The notes beneath the pieces were generated by a model. That model searched no databases. It saw nothing but the letters and a program-made list of their open reading frames with translations, and was not told the origin of the DNA. DNA of 63,023 bases, the filler included, from Octopus bimaculoides (taxonomy: Eukaryota), in assembly GCF_001194135.2 (NCBI RefSeq). It is 7 parts of 7 records of this genome, joined end to end, with 100 filler letters (N's around TTAATTAATTAA, not from the genome) between each part and the next. Parts side by side here need not be neighbours in the genome. Positions count along the whole stretch, not along the records: positions 46,075 to 51,076 come from NC_068986.1; positions 51,177 to 58,181 come from NC_068990.1; positions 58,282 to 63,023 come from NC_068999.1; 4 more parts are not named here. The stretch is one strand, 5' to 3'. The position numbers and the translations under genes are program-made. Position 1 is the stretch's first letter. Every line of letters starts with the position of its first letter. Below, one piece after another: positions 48,857-62,820 of the stretch.

Positions 48857-49769
48857 AAATTGTCATTAACAGCTCTAGCTCTTTAACCATAAAACAGAGG
48901 GCAGACCATCCAAACCGGGCGATGTTTCCCTTGTGCAACCGCACAATACGTCTCATTCTGTTATTGGCCTTTCACGGTACCTAGCTCCTTCTTTCGAGAA
49001 TCTAGTCAGGCTNNNNNNNNNNNNNNNNNNNNNNNNNNNNNNNNNNNNNNNNNNNNNNNNNNNNNNNNNNNNNNNNNNNNNNNNNNNNNNNNNNNNNNNN
49101 NNNNNNNNNNNNNNNNNNNNNNNNNNNNNNNNNNNNNNNNNNNNNNNNNNNNNNNNNNNNNNNNNNNNNNNNNNNNNNNNNNNNNNNNNNNNNNNNNNNN
49201 NNNNNNNNNNNNNNNNNNNNNNNNNNNNNNNNNNNNNNNNNNNNNNNNNNNNNNNNNNNNNNNNNNNNNNNNNNNNNNNNNNNNNNNNNNNNNNNNNNNN
49301 NNNNNNNNNNNNNNNNNNNNNNNNNNNNNNNNNNNNNNNNNNNNNNNNNNNNNNNNNNNNNNNNNNNNNNNNNNNNNNNNNNNNNNNNNNNNNNNNNNNN
49401 NNNNNNNNNNNNNNNNNNNNNNNNNNNNNNNNNNNNNNNNNNNNNNNNNNNNNNNNNNNNNNNNNNNNNNNNNNNNNNNNNNNNNNNNNNNNNNNNNNNN
49501 NNNNNNNNNNNNNNNNNNNNNNNNNNNNNNNNNNNNNNNNNNNNNNNNNNNNNNNNNNNNNNNNNNNNNNNNNNNNNNNNNNNNNNNNNNNNNNNNNNNN
49601 NNNNNNNNNNNNNNNNNNNNNNNNNNNNNNNNNNNNNNNNNNNNNNNNNNNNNNNNNNNNNNNNNNNNNNNNNNNNNNNNNNNNNNNNNNNNNNNNNNNN
49701 NNNNNNNNNNNNNNNNNNNNNNNNNNNNNNNNNNNNNNNNNNNNNNNNNNNNNNNNNNNNNNNNNNNNN

Positions 49770-49854
<85 letters not shown>

Positions 49855-49950
49855 CTGTATGTGTATATATATGTATATATAAGTATATATATATGTATAT
49901 ATATATGTATGTATATATATGTATTTATAAATATATATATGTATTTATAA

Positions 49951-50010
<60 letters not shown>

Positions 50011-50366
50011 NNNNNNNNNNNNNNNNNNNNNNNNNNNNNNNNNNNNNNNNNNNNNNNNNNNNNNNNNNNNNNNNNNNNNNNNNNNNNNNNNNNNNNNNNN
50101 NNNNNNNNNNNNNNNNNNNNNNNNNNNNNNNNNNNNNNNNNNNNNNNNNNAAGAAGAAGAAGAAGAAGAAGAAGAAGAAGAAGAAGAAGAAGAAGAAGAA
50201 GAAGAAGAAGAAGAAGAAGAAGAAAACAGATTAAACAAGTCGTTTAACGAGATTGTTGGGCGGAGATCCATTGGCAAAATTAGTGAATGCCAAACATTGA
50301 CTCACTTAAACCTCAATTGTAAGCAAAACCCTAACCCTAGAACCAAACCTTACCCAGTTCGAAGAT

Positions 50367-50399
50367 TATATAAGAGACATAATTGAAGAGATCTCAGTC
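50367..50399 (+). promoter_or_regulatory. TATA box plus initiator of the chitin-binding gene
   Basis: TATATAAG at 50367 and TCAGTC Inr with A+1 at 50396 (29-nt spacing), 88 nt upstream of the ATG. Confidence 0.65.
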
Positions 50400-50483
50400 A
50401 CACTTACAGAGGTTACCAGTCTGTTGCGCGCAAATCATTCGTCTTCACTACCGTTCGATTTAACAATTGATAAAATTACGACA

Positions 50484-50772
50484 ATGGAGTTCCGTATTGC
50501 AGCTTTCGTTCTCTTGATCGCAGTGTCAGCAGTTTACTGTCAAGGAATCAGACAAGAAATCGTGACTTTGTGTAAACAAACAACAATAAGAGCGGGATCG
50601 CATTATGTCCGATCTCCAAGAAACTGCAGTGAATTCTATTATTGTGATCCTATGTTTCCACAACCATTGGCATGTGGCAAGATGACAGTGTTTTCCCAAT
50701 CGCAACAGGTCTGTGTGCTGAGGGGCAGCCAATATGACGACTGTGACCGCATGATCTATGGTGGAAAATTCG
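50484..50772 (+). CDS. secreted chitin-binding type-2 (CBM14/peritrophin-A) protein, first coding exon
   Basis: ATG in acaATGG context; signal peptide MEFRIAAFVLLIAVSAVYC; six Cys spaced C-x17-C-x5-C-x9-C-x12-C-x9-C; phase-1 donor G/gtacgt at 50772. Confidence 0.88.
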
Positions 50773-50824
50773 GTACGTTAAAAGTCATTGCATTTTATTC
50801 TTTTAGTCTGTTACTTGTTCCAGT

Positions 50825-51017
50825 CATTTGAGGGCGGCCATGCTGGAGCTCTGCCTTAAAGGGTTTTAGTCGAACAAATCCACCCTAGGACTTATTCTTT
50901 GTAAGCCTAGGACTGATTCTATCGGTGGTGTTTTGCCGACCCGCTAAGTTACGAGCACGTAAACACACGAGGATCGGCTGTCAAACACTGGTTGTGGGGA
51001 CAAACACAGATACATAG

Positions 51018-51020
<3 letters not shown>
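50825..51020 (-). mobile_element. SINE family A, 3' part
   Basis: Reverse complement of the family A tail (GGCCATGCTGGAGC...CTAAGTTACG). Confidence 0.7.
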
Positions 51021-51076
<56 letters not shown>

Positions 51077-51291
51077 NNNNNNNNNNNNNNNNNNNNNNNN
51101 NNNNNNNNNNNNNNNNNNNNTTAATTAATTAANNNNNNNNNNNNNNNNNNNNNNNNNNNNNNNNNNNNNNNNNNNNTTTATCTACCCTGGTACTATCAAC
51201 TCGGATAGCTGGTCCCTCTATTGGGTCGACATAAGGCAGGCTCTCTTTCTCCCATTCATTCTCTTTATTAAGCAATCTATCATAATAATAA

Positions 51292-51378
<87 letters not shown>

Positions 51379-51382
51379 TATA

Positions 51383-51768
51383 GGTGCAGGAGTGGCTGTG
51401 TGGTAAGTAGCTTGCTTACTAACCACATGGTTCTGGGTTCATTCCCACTGTGTAGCATCTTGGGTTAGTGTCTTCAACTATAGCCCTGGGCTGACCAATA
51501 ATACCTTGTGGGTGAATTCAGTAGACGGAAACTGTGTGGAAGTTCACTGTGTGTGTGTGCATTTTTGTTTGTCTTCCCACTACAACTGTCAAGTTGTAGT
51601 GGTTTGTTTACATCTTCTATAACTTAGCAGTCTGGCAAAAGACACCAACAGAATGAGTGCCAGACTTAAAAAATTAGTAGTGGGGTTGATTTCTGCAACT
51701 AAACCCTTGAAAGTGGTGCCCCAGCATGGCTGCAGTTTAGTGACTGCAACAAGTGAAAGATAAAAGAT
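51383..51768 (+). mobile_element. SINE family A, full length, diverged
   Basis: GGAGTGGCTGTGTGGTAAG head through CCAGCATGGCTGCAG...AAGATAAAAGA tail. Confidence 0.75.
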
Positions 51769-54039
51769 ACTTCAAGGGAGAAAATAAATATAGATTATAT
51801 GGTTAAACCATGACACAACCCAAATGCTTGTGGGTTCAATCTCAGCAAAGGGCAGAGTGGGCAAGTATCTTCTGCCATAGTCTTAGCTTTACCTAAACTT
51901 CAAAAGTGAAAATAGGTTGATGGGAATTATGAGGAAATTGATCATTAAATTGATTGGAATTGTCCTTGAGTCTCAGATATAATCTGTCAATCAGTTTAAC
52001 ATCATCACCTGGTTCTTCAATACCTTTAGAATGTTTCAAGCATGTCTACTAAATCTGAGGAAAACTTCATATTTGGGAGTAAATGAAGACCCATCCTCCA
52101 TGGCAGAAGTGTTAAGGCTCCCCCCACTGGCAAAGAGAATTGACTTGCAAGAGTCCTTTACCAGTGTCATGTAAAAAGCACCCATGCTAGCACCATCTAA
52201 AAGCACTTGGGCTGAGGCCAAGTTAAAAGCACCTGGTACACACTGTAAAGTGGTTGGTATTAGGAAGGGCATCTAGCTTTAGAAACCAAGCCAAAATCTA
52301 GCTGTAGAAACCTGGTGCAACTGTTCAACCCATGCCAGCATGGAAAACAGATGTTAAAGGATGATAACGATGGTGAGCTAAGTGTACATATGTATGTAGC
52401 TAAGATATGTATATATGTAAATGATTGTAGTTATGTTTGTATATGTATGTCTAAAGTATGCAGCTATGTATGTATATGTAAATGTGTGTTGTCATGTATA
52501 TATATATGTATGTCTAAATACTGTTATGTTTTTTCTTCTCTGCTGCCCACGACCTGTCCCAGGGTGGGGAATAGACTAGTAAAGCCATGAGTAAGTTGGA
52601 CCTTGCAGTGGTTGAATAAATACTGCAGGAACTGAAGAAAATGTTGTACAAATGTTGCAAGAGTCTAACAGTATTTGCTCTTTGCATTTTGAGTTCATGG
52701 GAAGCAGACTGAATTCATTGCCTAGTTCAATCACACCACGACCACCACCACTTGGTCCTCGGGTAGCTTTAACAGGAGTCTACTCTGTTGTGAGCATATT
52801 AACTAGGTGTCAGGATAACTTGATATATCTCAATGTACCGTTTCCGATTTTCTGCCATCCACTGCCAGTCTGGGAGTGGATGGTGCGTTGGTAGAATCAT
52901 TGGAGTGAAGAACCTTGTAGTGGGGGTAATGAATGCTGCAAATAAATGTTAGGGGAGTCTATTGAACATAGCAAAGTGTTTTAGAATAATTCATTGTCAG
53001 TGGCTTAGAATTTGGAAACATTAACTCATTAATAGTGGGGTGGGGGAAGAGGGGATTCCAGGTTAGGGAGTTTATCTCTTGTGGCAGCTGTAATAAGTGG
53101 AGCAAACATGTGCATTCTTAACCCTTATCAACTAAAGAAGAGCCACTTTGCCAAGACAAAAAGGGAAAGAGGGGTTATTGGTATGGAGTAATCAGATTAG
53201 ATGGGAAGAGAGAGAGAGACCCTAAATTCTTAGTACTAAAGAAATTTGCCATAAGGTTTCAATAACAGAAAAAAAAAGATGGAAAAGAAAAATATATTAA
53301 AAAAAACCTAAATAATAGAAATTAAAAGCAGGAAATGATGGGCATTCATTTAATTGCACAATTCAGATGATAAAATAAAATAAAAAGATATAATGAAATA
53401 AAATGTATAAATAAAAATACAATACAATAAGCCATGGCAACAATTACAATAACAAGTTTTGAGTGAAGGAAAATGAAGAGTAAAGAGAAGATAAGAGTTA
53501 ATAAAAAAGATAGCTATCTGTCTTATGGTGTTTTATACTGAGACTTAAGAGGAGAGCCATGGCGGTNNNNNNNNNNNNNNNNNNNNNNNNNNNNNNNNNN
53601 NNNNNNNNNNNNNNNNNNNNNNNNNNNNNNNNNNNNNNNNNNNNNNNNNNNNNNNNNNNNNNNNNNNNNNNNNNNNNNNNNNNNNNNNNNNNNNNNNNNN
53701 NNNNNNNNNNNNNNNNNNNNNNNNNNNNNNNNNNNNNNNNNNNNNNNNNNNNNNNNNNNNNNNNNNNNNNNNNNNNNNNNNNNNNNNNNNNNNNNNNNNN
53801 NNNNNNNNNNNNNNNNNNNNNNNNNNNNNNNNNNNNNNNNNNNNNNNNNNNNNNNNNNNNNNNNNNNNNNNNNNNNNNNNNNNNNNNNNNNNNNNNNNNN
53901 NNNNNNNNNNNNNNNNNNNNNNNNNNNNNNNNNNNNNNNNNNNGCAGCTGGATACCCCATTCCTATCGCCAACTCTCACCTGTTTCCAACTAAGATAATA
54001 ATTCCCCATAACCAGACATATTTTACACAGGAGACTTGA

Positions 54040-55478
54040 AAGGCGAAGTTTCAAGTGTGGAAGCAAGGTCTAGAATCAAAGGGTTTTAGGGTCAATCTAG
54101 CAAAAACCAAAATCTTAATAAGTAGGAAGGCAGACAAATCACAAATCTCTTCAGGTAGATGGCCCTGCTTGATCTGTAGAAAAGGCTTAGGTAGAAACTC
54201 TATAAGATGTACCTGGTGTAAGCTCTGGACACATAAGAGGTGCAGCAATATCAAAGGAAGGCTAATTGTTAAAATAGTTTTTGTGTGTGGCAAATGCTCA
54301 GGGGGCGATAAACACTGAAAATGTGCAGAAAACAGCTTCCGTCACATGCCACGGGAAGTAGTTGATAGTTTCTGTTACCTAGGTGACCAAGTCAGTAGCA
54401 GAGTTGGATGCTCTGAGAGTGTAGCTGCTAGAATAAGGATAGCCTTGGCAAAGTTCAGTAAGCTCCTATCTCTGCTGGTGACAAAGGGCCTCTCGCTCAG
54501 AGTAAAATGTAGACTGTATGACGCATGTGTGCGAACAGCCATGCTACATGGCAGTGAAACATGGGCTGTGACTGCTGAGGACATGCATAAGCTTGCAAGG
54601 AATGAAGCTAGTATACTCCACTGAATGTGTAATGTCAATGTGCATACATGACAGAGTGTAAGCGCCTTGAAAGAAAAGTTGGACATAAGAAGCATCAAAT
54701 GTGGTGTGCAAGAGAGACGACTGTGCTGGTATGGTCATGTGTTGCATATGGATGAGGACAGCTGTGTGAAAAAGTGTCACACCCTAGCAGAAGAGGGAAT
54801 CTGTGGAAGAAGTAAACCCAGGAAGACCGGGATGAGGTGGTGAAGCACAACCTTCGAACATTGGGCCTCACTGAGGCAACGACTAGTGACCGAGACCTTT
54901 GGAAATATGCTGTGCTTGAGAAGACCTGACAAGCAAGTGAGATTGTAACTGTGGCCTATGCCAGTGCAGCATAACCGGCCCATTTAAGAGCACCCTTCAA
55001 TCATTGGGCAATAAACTGTGCTTGCAAAGACCTGTTGAGTCAAGTGAAGTCATTGTCATGGCCGATGACAGTACTGCCTGATTGGCAACTGTGCCGGTGG
55101 CATGTAAAAAGCACCATTTGAGTAAGGTTGATGCCAGTGCTTCCTGACTGGTCTGATGCCAGTACCACATAAAAAGCACCATTCCAGTGTGGTTGATGCC
55201 AGTGCTGGTTGACTGGTCCCATATCAGTGGCACGTAAAAAGCACCATTCAAGTGTGGTCGATGCCAATACCACCTGACTGGCCCTTGTCCTGGTGGAACA
55301 TAAAAAGCACCCACTACACTCTTGGAGTGGTTGGCGTTAGGAAGGGCATCCAGCTGTAGAAACTTTGCCAGATCAGATTGTATCCTGGTGCGGCCTTCTG
55401 GCTTGCCAGCCCTCAGCCAAACCGTCCAACCCATGGCAGTATGGAGAGCAGATGTTAAACGATGATGGTGATGACGAT
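54040..55478 (+). mobile_element. 5'-truncated RTE LINE with four ~65-bp tandem units in the 3' UTR
   Basis: ORFs 54055..54318 (FRVNLAKTK) and 54346..54624 (DSFCYLGD...MLHGSETW); units at 55099, 55164, 55229, 55295. Confidence 0.88.
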
Positions 55479-57218
55479 TATTAAACTGGTGTTTGGGGCA
55501 TAAATTAATATGGAATAACGATGGGAAGGTTTTAATTTAGATTTCTTTAAAACAGGATGTTTGTATCATTTCATGATACAGGCAGATTGGTGTCAAAAGG
55601 GTTAAAAAATGAAAAGATACATTAGAAAATACTACAAATTTCCTGTTTTAAAGGGATCTAAATCTCAATTTCATGCTAATTTATATTCCAAACTCTATAT
55701 TTCTGGTGAAATAAACTGCCAATGCTTCAATTAATTTTAAAGATAATGAAGAATTTAGTAAAATAACTTTCTCATTATTAAGCTGGTGTTTGCAACATAA
55801 GTTAAAATTAAATTTTGATGAAAGGTTTTAAAACAGGAAGTTTGAATCATAGAACTAGAGTCAGTATCAGGCAGGGTTAAATTGGGGATCAAAGTGAATA
55901 ACGGAAGCAGTATTAAGGTGGTGAGTTGGTAGAGTGATTAGAGCTGTGGATAGATTACCTCATAGTATTTCTTCCAATTCACTGCACTTTAGGTTCAAAT
56001 CCCAATGAAGTTAACTTTACTTCATCATTTTTTAAAGCAGCAGAATTGACAGAGCAGTGGATACTTTGTGTGCGTTCCAGATGTCTGTGTTCCAAGGGCA
56101 ATGCTTACGATAACACTGGAGCCAAGCTTTTATAGAACCCTCATCAGCCAAGGTAGACCATGCATCTGAACATGTACACGCAAACCTGCACCATTTGATG
56201 TTAATCCAAAGTGAAGGACCACTGGCTTGAAACCATACAGCTTGGCACTAGTGTTGTCTCAGATATTGCTGTCAGAATGCAAAGAATCAAAACAGATACT
56301 ACAAACCATCACGCTCCCACCACCTTTTAGTAGTTTCTCTAATCCACTGCCTTGAAGTGCTACTTATTTTATCAACTCCAAAAGGATAAAAGGCAAAGTT
56401 GACTTCAATTGGGTTTGAACTCAGAGTATAGAGAGTCAGAATAAATATTCCAAAGCACTGTATCCAACATTCTAATAATTTTGGAGGTTATACTGGCCCT
56501 TGCCATTATAAATTCTAGAGTTCATCCTGTATTGTGGACCCTACCTTTCCCTCAGAAAACTGGTAGCATGAAGAGTGGAGGCTTTCTTGTCTTTCGTAAA
56601 ACCTTGCTCAAGTTTGTGCTTGTGAGAGAGATTTTGTAGACATTGATCTGTAATCTCATCAAATAAATGGAGATCTTGAACTGGATTAGCTATTTAAAGC
56701 TAGGTGGATTAAGCTATTAGATTGAGGGGGACTAGTCCATTAATATTTGGGTGTCAATGCCAAAGATAATGCAAAATACCTGTAATAAAATGTAATATTC
56801 CAACCTTGTAATTTATTGTCTGTTGTCCTGCCTACTTAAACACTTCTCATTCAACAGTCAAAATTAGAGGCCAACAACCATTTTATAAAATATCATTGTT
56901 GATTATGTTTCTTTATATGTCTATAATTATACACCACTAAATATATTTTGGATGTGTGCATAAGAAGCTTGCTTTCCAACCATACATCTTGGGTTCAGCC
57001 CCACTGCATGGCACCATGAGTAAGTGTCTTCTTCTATAGCCCTGAGCTGATCAAAGCCTAGTGAGTGGATTTGGTTGTCAGAAACTGCAAGAAGTCCAAT
57101 GTGTGTGTGTGTGACGTTTTGACATCACATGATGGTGGTAAATGAGCATCACCATCATATAAGCAGCATTGTTAGTTTCCAACATTTTGTGGAAAGTGTC
57201 TCTGACCAAGGAGATATA

Positions 57219-58181
57219 TTGGGTTGGCAACTAAGTTCCCGCCGTTTTTTTAAAATTTGGAATCTATTTTTTTCGAGAATTCTATTTTTGAATCATTTTG
57301 GAATCTCTGTTGATTTTTTTTCTAGTTAATTTCAGTTAATTTTTGTTTATTTTCAGATCATTAAAATGGAATGTCAAGTTAAGAAAAACAAGCATTTTCA
57401 ACACCTCCTTCTTTTTGCTTTTAATCAAGGTTCTAAGGCCACAAAAGTTGCTGTGTATGGAGAGGGTGCCATAGCTGAAAGAACCGCTGGTGATTGGTAT
57501 GCCAAGTTCAAAAATGGAAATTTTAACCTCAAAGATGCACCTCGTTCTGGCCGTCCAGTTGAGTTTGAAGAGCAATTAAACCAACTTTTGAATGAAAATT
57601 CTCGTCAAATGACAAGGGAAATTGCAGAGAAAATGGAATACTCCCACACTGCTATAGAGAAGCATCTTCACTCGATGGGAAAGGTTCAGAAGTATGGAGC
57701 ATGGGTTCCTCATGTTTTAAGTGACAGCAACAAAAATCAACGAGCCACAGTCTCCGCTGGTTTGCTTGCTCGTCACCGCTCAACTCATGGACACAAGCAA
57801 CGATTTCTTTACCGAATTGTTACTGACCACGAAAAATGNNNNNNNNNNACCGCTCAACTCATGGACACAAGCAACGATTTCTTTACCGAATTGTTACTGA
57901 CCACGAAAAATGGTGCCTGTACATCAATATGAAGCAGCGTAAGGAATGGCTTAGCCCTGCTAAACAAGCGACACCACGCGTGAAACAAGATTTTTATCCA
58001 CGTAAAACGATGTTGTGCATATAGTGGGACTGGAAAGGGATTATCCATTACAAATTGCTTGAACGGGACCAAACGGTCAACGCAGAACTCTATGTTCAAC
58101 AGATGGAACGACTCAACATGACTATTCAAGAGAAAAGACCTAATTGGCAGCATGGAGTTCTTCTGCTGCACGACAACGCCC
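57219..58181 (+). mobile_element. mariner (Mos1/mellifera-like), right end lost in a gap
   Basis: TA + TTGGGTTGGCAACTAAG TIR; DAPRSGRP, GAWVPHVL, IVTDHEKW, LLLHDNA. Confidence 0.9.
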
Positions 58182-58260
58182 NNNNNNNNNNNNNNNNNNN
58201 NNNNNNNNNNNNNNNNNNNNNNNNNTTAATTAATTAANNNNNNNNNNNNNNNNNNNNNNN

Positions 58261-58365
58261 NNNNNNNNNNNNNNNNNNNNNATATACATATACATATACA
58301 TTCTTATAAGTACGTGTGTGTGTCAATGTGAGTAAATGCAGATAGATAGATAAATAGATAGATAA

Positions 58366-58430
<65 letters not shown>

Positions 58431-58699
58431 CCAGACCCGTCATACGAACATAATCGCCAGAGACGTGCATGCAAATGCAGCCAACGTAGATAACTTCAAT
58501 GTAGATGTCTTTATATTAAGTATAGATAAGCACATACGAACACACACTCACTCATATATAAACATACATAAACTTACTAAAACACGCACGCACACATGCG
58601 CACGCTCGCGCGCATGCACAGACATGCATATATATATAGATATATAGATATACATATACATATATATACATGTATTCAAACAAACATGTACGAGCATGC

Positions 58700-58745
<46 letters not shown>

Positions 58746-59297
58746 AGAATGCGTTTTAATTTTAAACCAATCGAAATACGCATATATACGTATATAAATC
58801 TATTTATGTATTACATAATGTTACGCATTCACATATGTACATGCTGTGCGTATGTACATATGTGAATGTATGTTTGCGTGTATTTTGTTTGTATATGTAT
58901 ATGTAAACACACACACACACACACAAACACTTACACACACACACAAACATACACACACACTCATAAACACACACATACATACTCACATACATTTAAACAC
59001 ATATGTTTAAGTTTATCTGTATGTGTGTGTATGTGTTCAAGTATATATGTAAGTGTATATGTGCCTCTCGTGTCTGTGTGTTGCATACCTATGTACATGT
59101 AAGCTTATTTAACGGGATAAAACCATTCTGGCACACGTATATATACATATATATGTATGTGTGCATATGTATATGTATATATATATCTATATGTATATAT
59201 ATATCTATATGTATATATATGTATATGCATATATATATGTATATATATATATATACATGTATATGTATATATGGATATGTACATGTATATATATATC

Positions 59298-59329
<32 letters not shown>

Positions 59330-59371
59330 CATATGCATATATATATACATATATACATGCATATACATATA

Positions 59372-59414
<43 letters not shown>

Positions 59415-59564
59415 GTACATATATATATGTATACGTGTATGTGCATGTATATATATATACATGTATATATACATACATGCATGCATGCATGTATGCATAA
59501 ATACACAAACAAACACTTATACATATGCGTATATGTACCAGTGCGTGCCTCTGCGCGCGTGCCT

Positions 59565-59602
<38 letters not shown>

Positions 59603-59900
59603 AGGCGGTTTAAAAATACGAGAGATTATTGTGCGCCTAAATTTATCTTTGTGCAAATATGTGTAGGTACGCGTGTATTTTTTTTTCACTTCAAACAGGT
59701 GCGTATGTACATATGCATGTATGCACATATGTCTATGTGTGTTTGTATGTATGCATATCTGTGTGCTTCTCAGTATGTATGCGTATACGAGTATGTTCTA
59801 TTGTGGCAATTTCTCTACATGTTTTACATGGCTTCAAGTTTTAAAAAGAAGCAAAAATATATTTATTTCATGTAGTTCATAATTTTTTTTATATATCTTT
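58261..59900. repeat. compound microsatellite field: (TAGA)n, (TA)n, (TG)n, (CA)n
   Basis: Direct sequence; the Y/I/H/T/C/V-rich ORFs here are repeat translations. Confidence 0.95.
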
Positions 59901-61079
59901 TCTCGTTTGTTTTTTGTTTTTTGTTTAGATTTTTATATATTTATTCGATCATAATTTTTGTTTTTTAGTTTTAATATTTCTTTTCTGTTATTTTATTTTA
60001 TTCTATTTATCTTTTATTTTTTTATTTTATATATCTTTCACTTCTTTTTTTTTTTTTCAATATCTTCTTGCAAAAGTATAAAACTCTATCTTACATGAGT
60101 TAGATCGGATAACTTCCCGGATGTGTATCAATCGATGTCAAAAATTCTCCGTTGGAATCCAATTTGCCGAATCTTACACTTGGAGATTGTCAGAAAAAAA
60201 ACCCCCACCTAAAACGTCTGAGAAGAGTCATATCCTCTTTTCAGTAAGTCTTGTCTAGAAAATCGTTGACTTTACTGCTCGTGCTGTTGTTGTTGTTATT
60301 GTAGTCGTTGTTGCTGTTTTACTACTTACAAACAGTTGTTGTTAGGTTAATGGTTCTAGTTTTAGTAATAAACTTCATATATCGAAGTTCTTTCTTCACA
60401 TCCTTTCTCACTCCTACCATACTTGTATATTTTTCTTGCAAAGGTGATTTTTCTCCATTTTTTTTCTTTCCATTTTTCATTAATTTCCATTTTTTTTTTT
60501 TTTTTNNNNNNNNNNNNNNNNNNNNNNNNNNNNNNNNNNNNNNNNNNNNNNNNNNNNNNNNNNNNNNNNNNNNNNNNNNNNNNNNNNNNNNNNNNNNNNN
60601 NNNNNNNNNNNNNNNNNNNNNNNNNNNNNNNNNNNNNNNNNNNNNNNNNNNNNNNNNNNNNNNNNNNNNNNNNNNNNNNNNNNNNNNNNNNNNNNNNNNN
60701 NNNNNNNNNNNNNNNNNNNNNNNNNNNNNNNNNNNNNNNNNNNNNNNNNNNNNNNNNNNNNNNNNNNNNNNNNNNNNNNNNNNNNNNNNNNNNNNNNNNN
60801 NNNNNNNNNTTTTTTTTTTTTTTTTATCACCAAGGGTCAATCAATAAAACATAAATAAAGTGTGGAATTTTACATAGAAAAAAAATCAAATGAAAAAAAA
60901 ATATAAGAAAATTTTTTGAAATAAAAATATATATAGTATAGAAATAATAAGAGCTTATGATGAGGATCTTCATTTCAGGCCAATCAAGGAACCCAGAAGA
61001 CAGGTGAAACCCTCCTAAACCGAACCGAAAATACACCCGTTACTTTGCTTTCACAAACAAACCGAGGGATTTCTGCAAG

Positions 61080-62050
61080 CACTGTATAGTCCCTCGATTG
61101 AAAGTCTTCTACAGATTAAACTGAATATCTCCGAGAATTCCGTTGCTTCTACCCGTCACTAATTCTCTGAGGGTAAGCCCAAGTATGAACATATCGTTGA
61201 ATTACTGTTTGCTGATACACTTCGGAAGCCCCATAAGTCCATCATTTTATCAGATGTTGAAGCTTATAAACGAATGAGGTTAACGCATAACGTCCAGAAA
61301 ACTGATGTCGTCCGTCAATGGCACATTATATTACCCCTTTTTTCCCCTTCTCTGTCTCAGTACAACAGCAAGCTTTGGCCACATCTTCTCAATATGGACA
61401 CCTAGGCAGCATTATTTCCATCGGTTTCACATAAGATGACGGGATTCTAACCGTTCTCACACAAGCTTCGGTATCCTTCGCAACGCTCGGGAAAACGGTG
61501 TTTTCAAACAACTGTCTCAGCCTCTATAACAAATTTTAGTCTACTGGAAAATCGATGTTTCAACACCTTTCTATGGGTGTGAGCCACAGGCCACACACAA
61601 ACGAAACATTAAGGCAGTAGAGGGCTTTAACTTCCAGTGACTCCAATATAGCTTTTCAGTCGCCTGACTAGATAGGATTTCGCACATAGAAATCCACCAG
61701 CAGTATTGAAACCTCACTAAATAAGCATCAACTGAAATGGCTTGGACATGTAGTGCACATATCTGATACATGTATTCCTCGTAGGATCTTCTGCAGCCGG
61801 CTACATTGTGGTCAAGGTCTAGCTCGAAGATATAGAATGTGACTAAACGACCAACTGAAGGCCACGTGACTAAACGACCAAAGGCCACCTTAAAGAGCAG
61901 CAACGTCAGCCATTCAAGAATGGAAGGCAACGCTACCTGCTGTTCATTTTTGTGGTCGCACTGTTGGGGAGAGAGATTGAAGACAAAGAAGAAAAGCATA
62001 TTCGACACTATCAAGGGAAACTACAAAAGAGGCATGCACGCAGAATAAAC
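61080..62050 (+). mobile_element. old RTE/BovB-like LINE 3' fragment
   Basis: HIVELLFAD, YGHLGSIIS, SIETSLNKHQLKWLGHVV, NDQLKATLK; many stops; 16-bp local duplication GTGACTAAACGACCAA at about 61840/61866. Confidence 0.75.
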
Positions 62051-62773
62051 TCTGGTCTCTTCAAAGATGGACCTCTGTTAGCGATTCTGCCAGCTCGCCG
62101 CCTTAGCCACTTTTAAATATTAAGATATGTGGTGAATGTCCCTCTCTACCCTCTTTTAATCATTCAAAAATTCTTTCTGTTCTCACCATTTTCCAAACGT
62201 GAACGCACGCACACACTCACACGCACAAACATACACATATATACGCACACACACAAACATACACACATATACGCACACACAAACACACGCACAAACACTC
62301 ATACACACATGCACGCACTTAACCATTTCATCCTTTACCAGACCGATAAAAATAAGTATAGAAACGATACTTGGACCATATATATAATCAGTCAAACCCC
62401 TTCAAAGCGTTGTTCTTCAATATGGCCGCAATCCAAAGACTGAAAAACGAGTAAAGATTATATATTATTTATCCTAAAGTTGGATATCGACCCAGCTCCT
62501 TCAAAACATCTGAAATGAAAGTTTAATCTCAAGACTTACATTAAGTGAGATGATAAACTGTGTGAACGATCTAGAAGAGCCTATTTCAAGTATCAGGTTT
62601 TCTAAGTGGTCGTCAGAAATCTAAATATTATATCAGAAGATATATCTGGTTTCTGTTAGGTTTTGTCGGGAATAATCTATTTCCCTTCCCGCATATTTCT
62701 TGCAACTAAATGCGTGTGTACGGGCTTGCACGTATGTGCATGTACATGTAGAAGTATGCATATCTTCACACAT

Positions 62774-62820
<47 letters not shown>

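Noticed and set aside
48933-50234. 433-aa and other long ORFs containing X runs
   Set aside because: They are open only because they span N-gaps.
50326-50342. CCCTAACCCTA telomere-like motif
   Set aside because: Fewer than two full units; not an interstitial telomeric array.
56090-56155. CTGATGA on the minus strand as another hammerhead
   Set aside because: No GAAA/NUH core with compatible stems I-III.
57779-57912. ~60-bp duplication inside the mariner ORF
   Set aside because: Flanks a 10-N gap; assembly overlap artefact.
58465-59882. Many long Y/I/C/V/H/T-rich ORFs
   Set aside because: Dinucleotide microsatellite translations.
60322-60470. Minus-strand open segment with a GTAAGT donor (GEKSPLQEKYTSMVGVRKDVKKELRYM...)
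   Set aside because: Weak acceptor, adjacent to poly-T and a gap, no family similarity.
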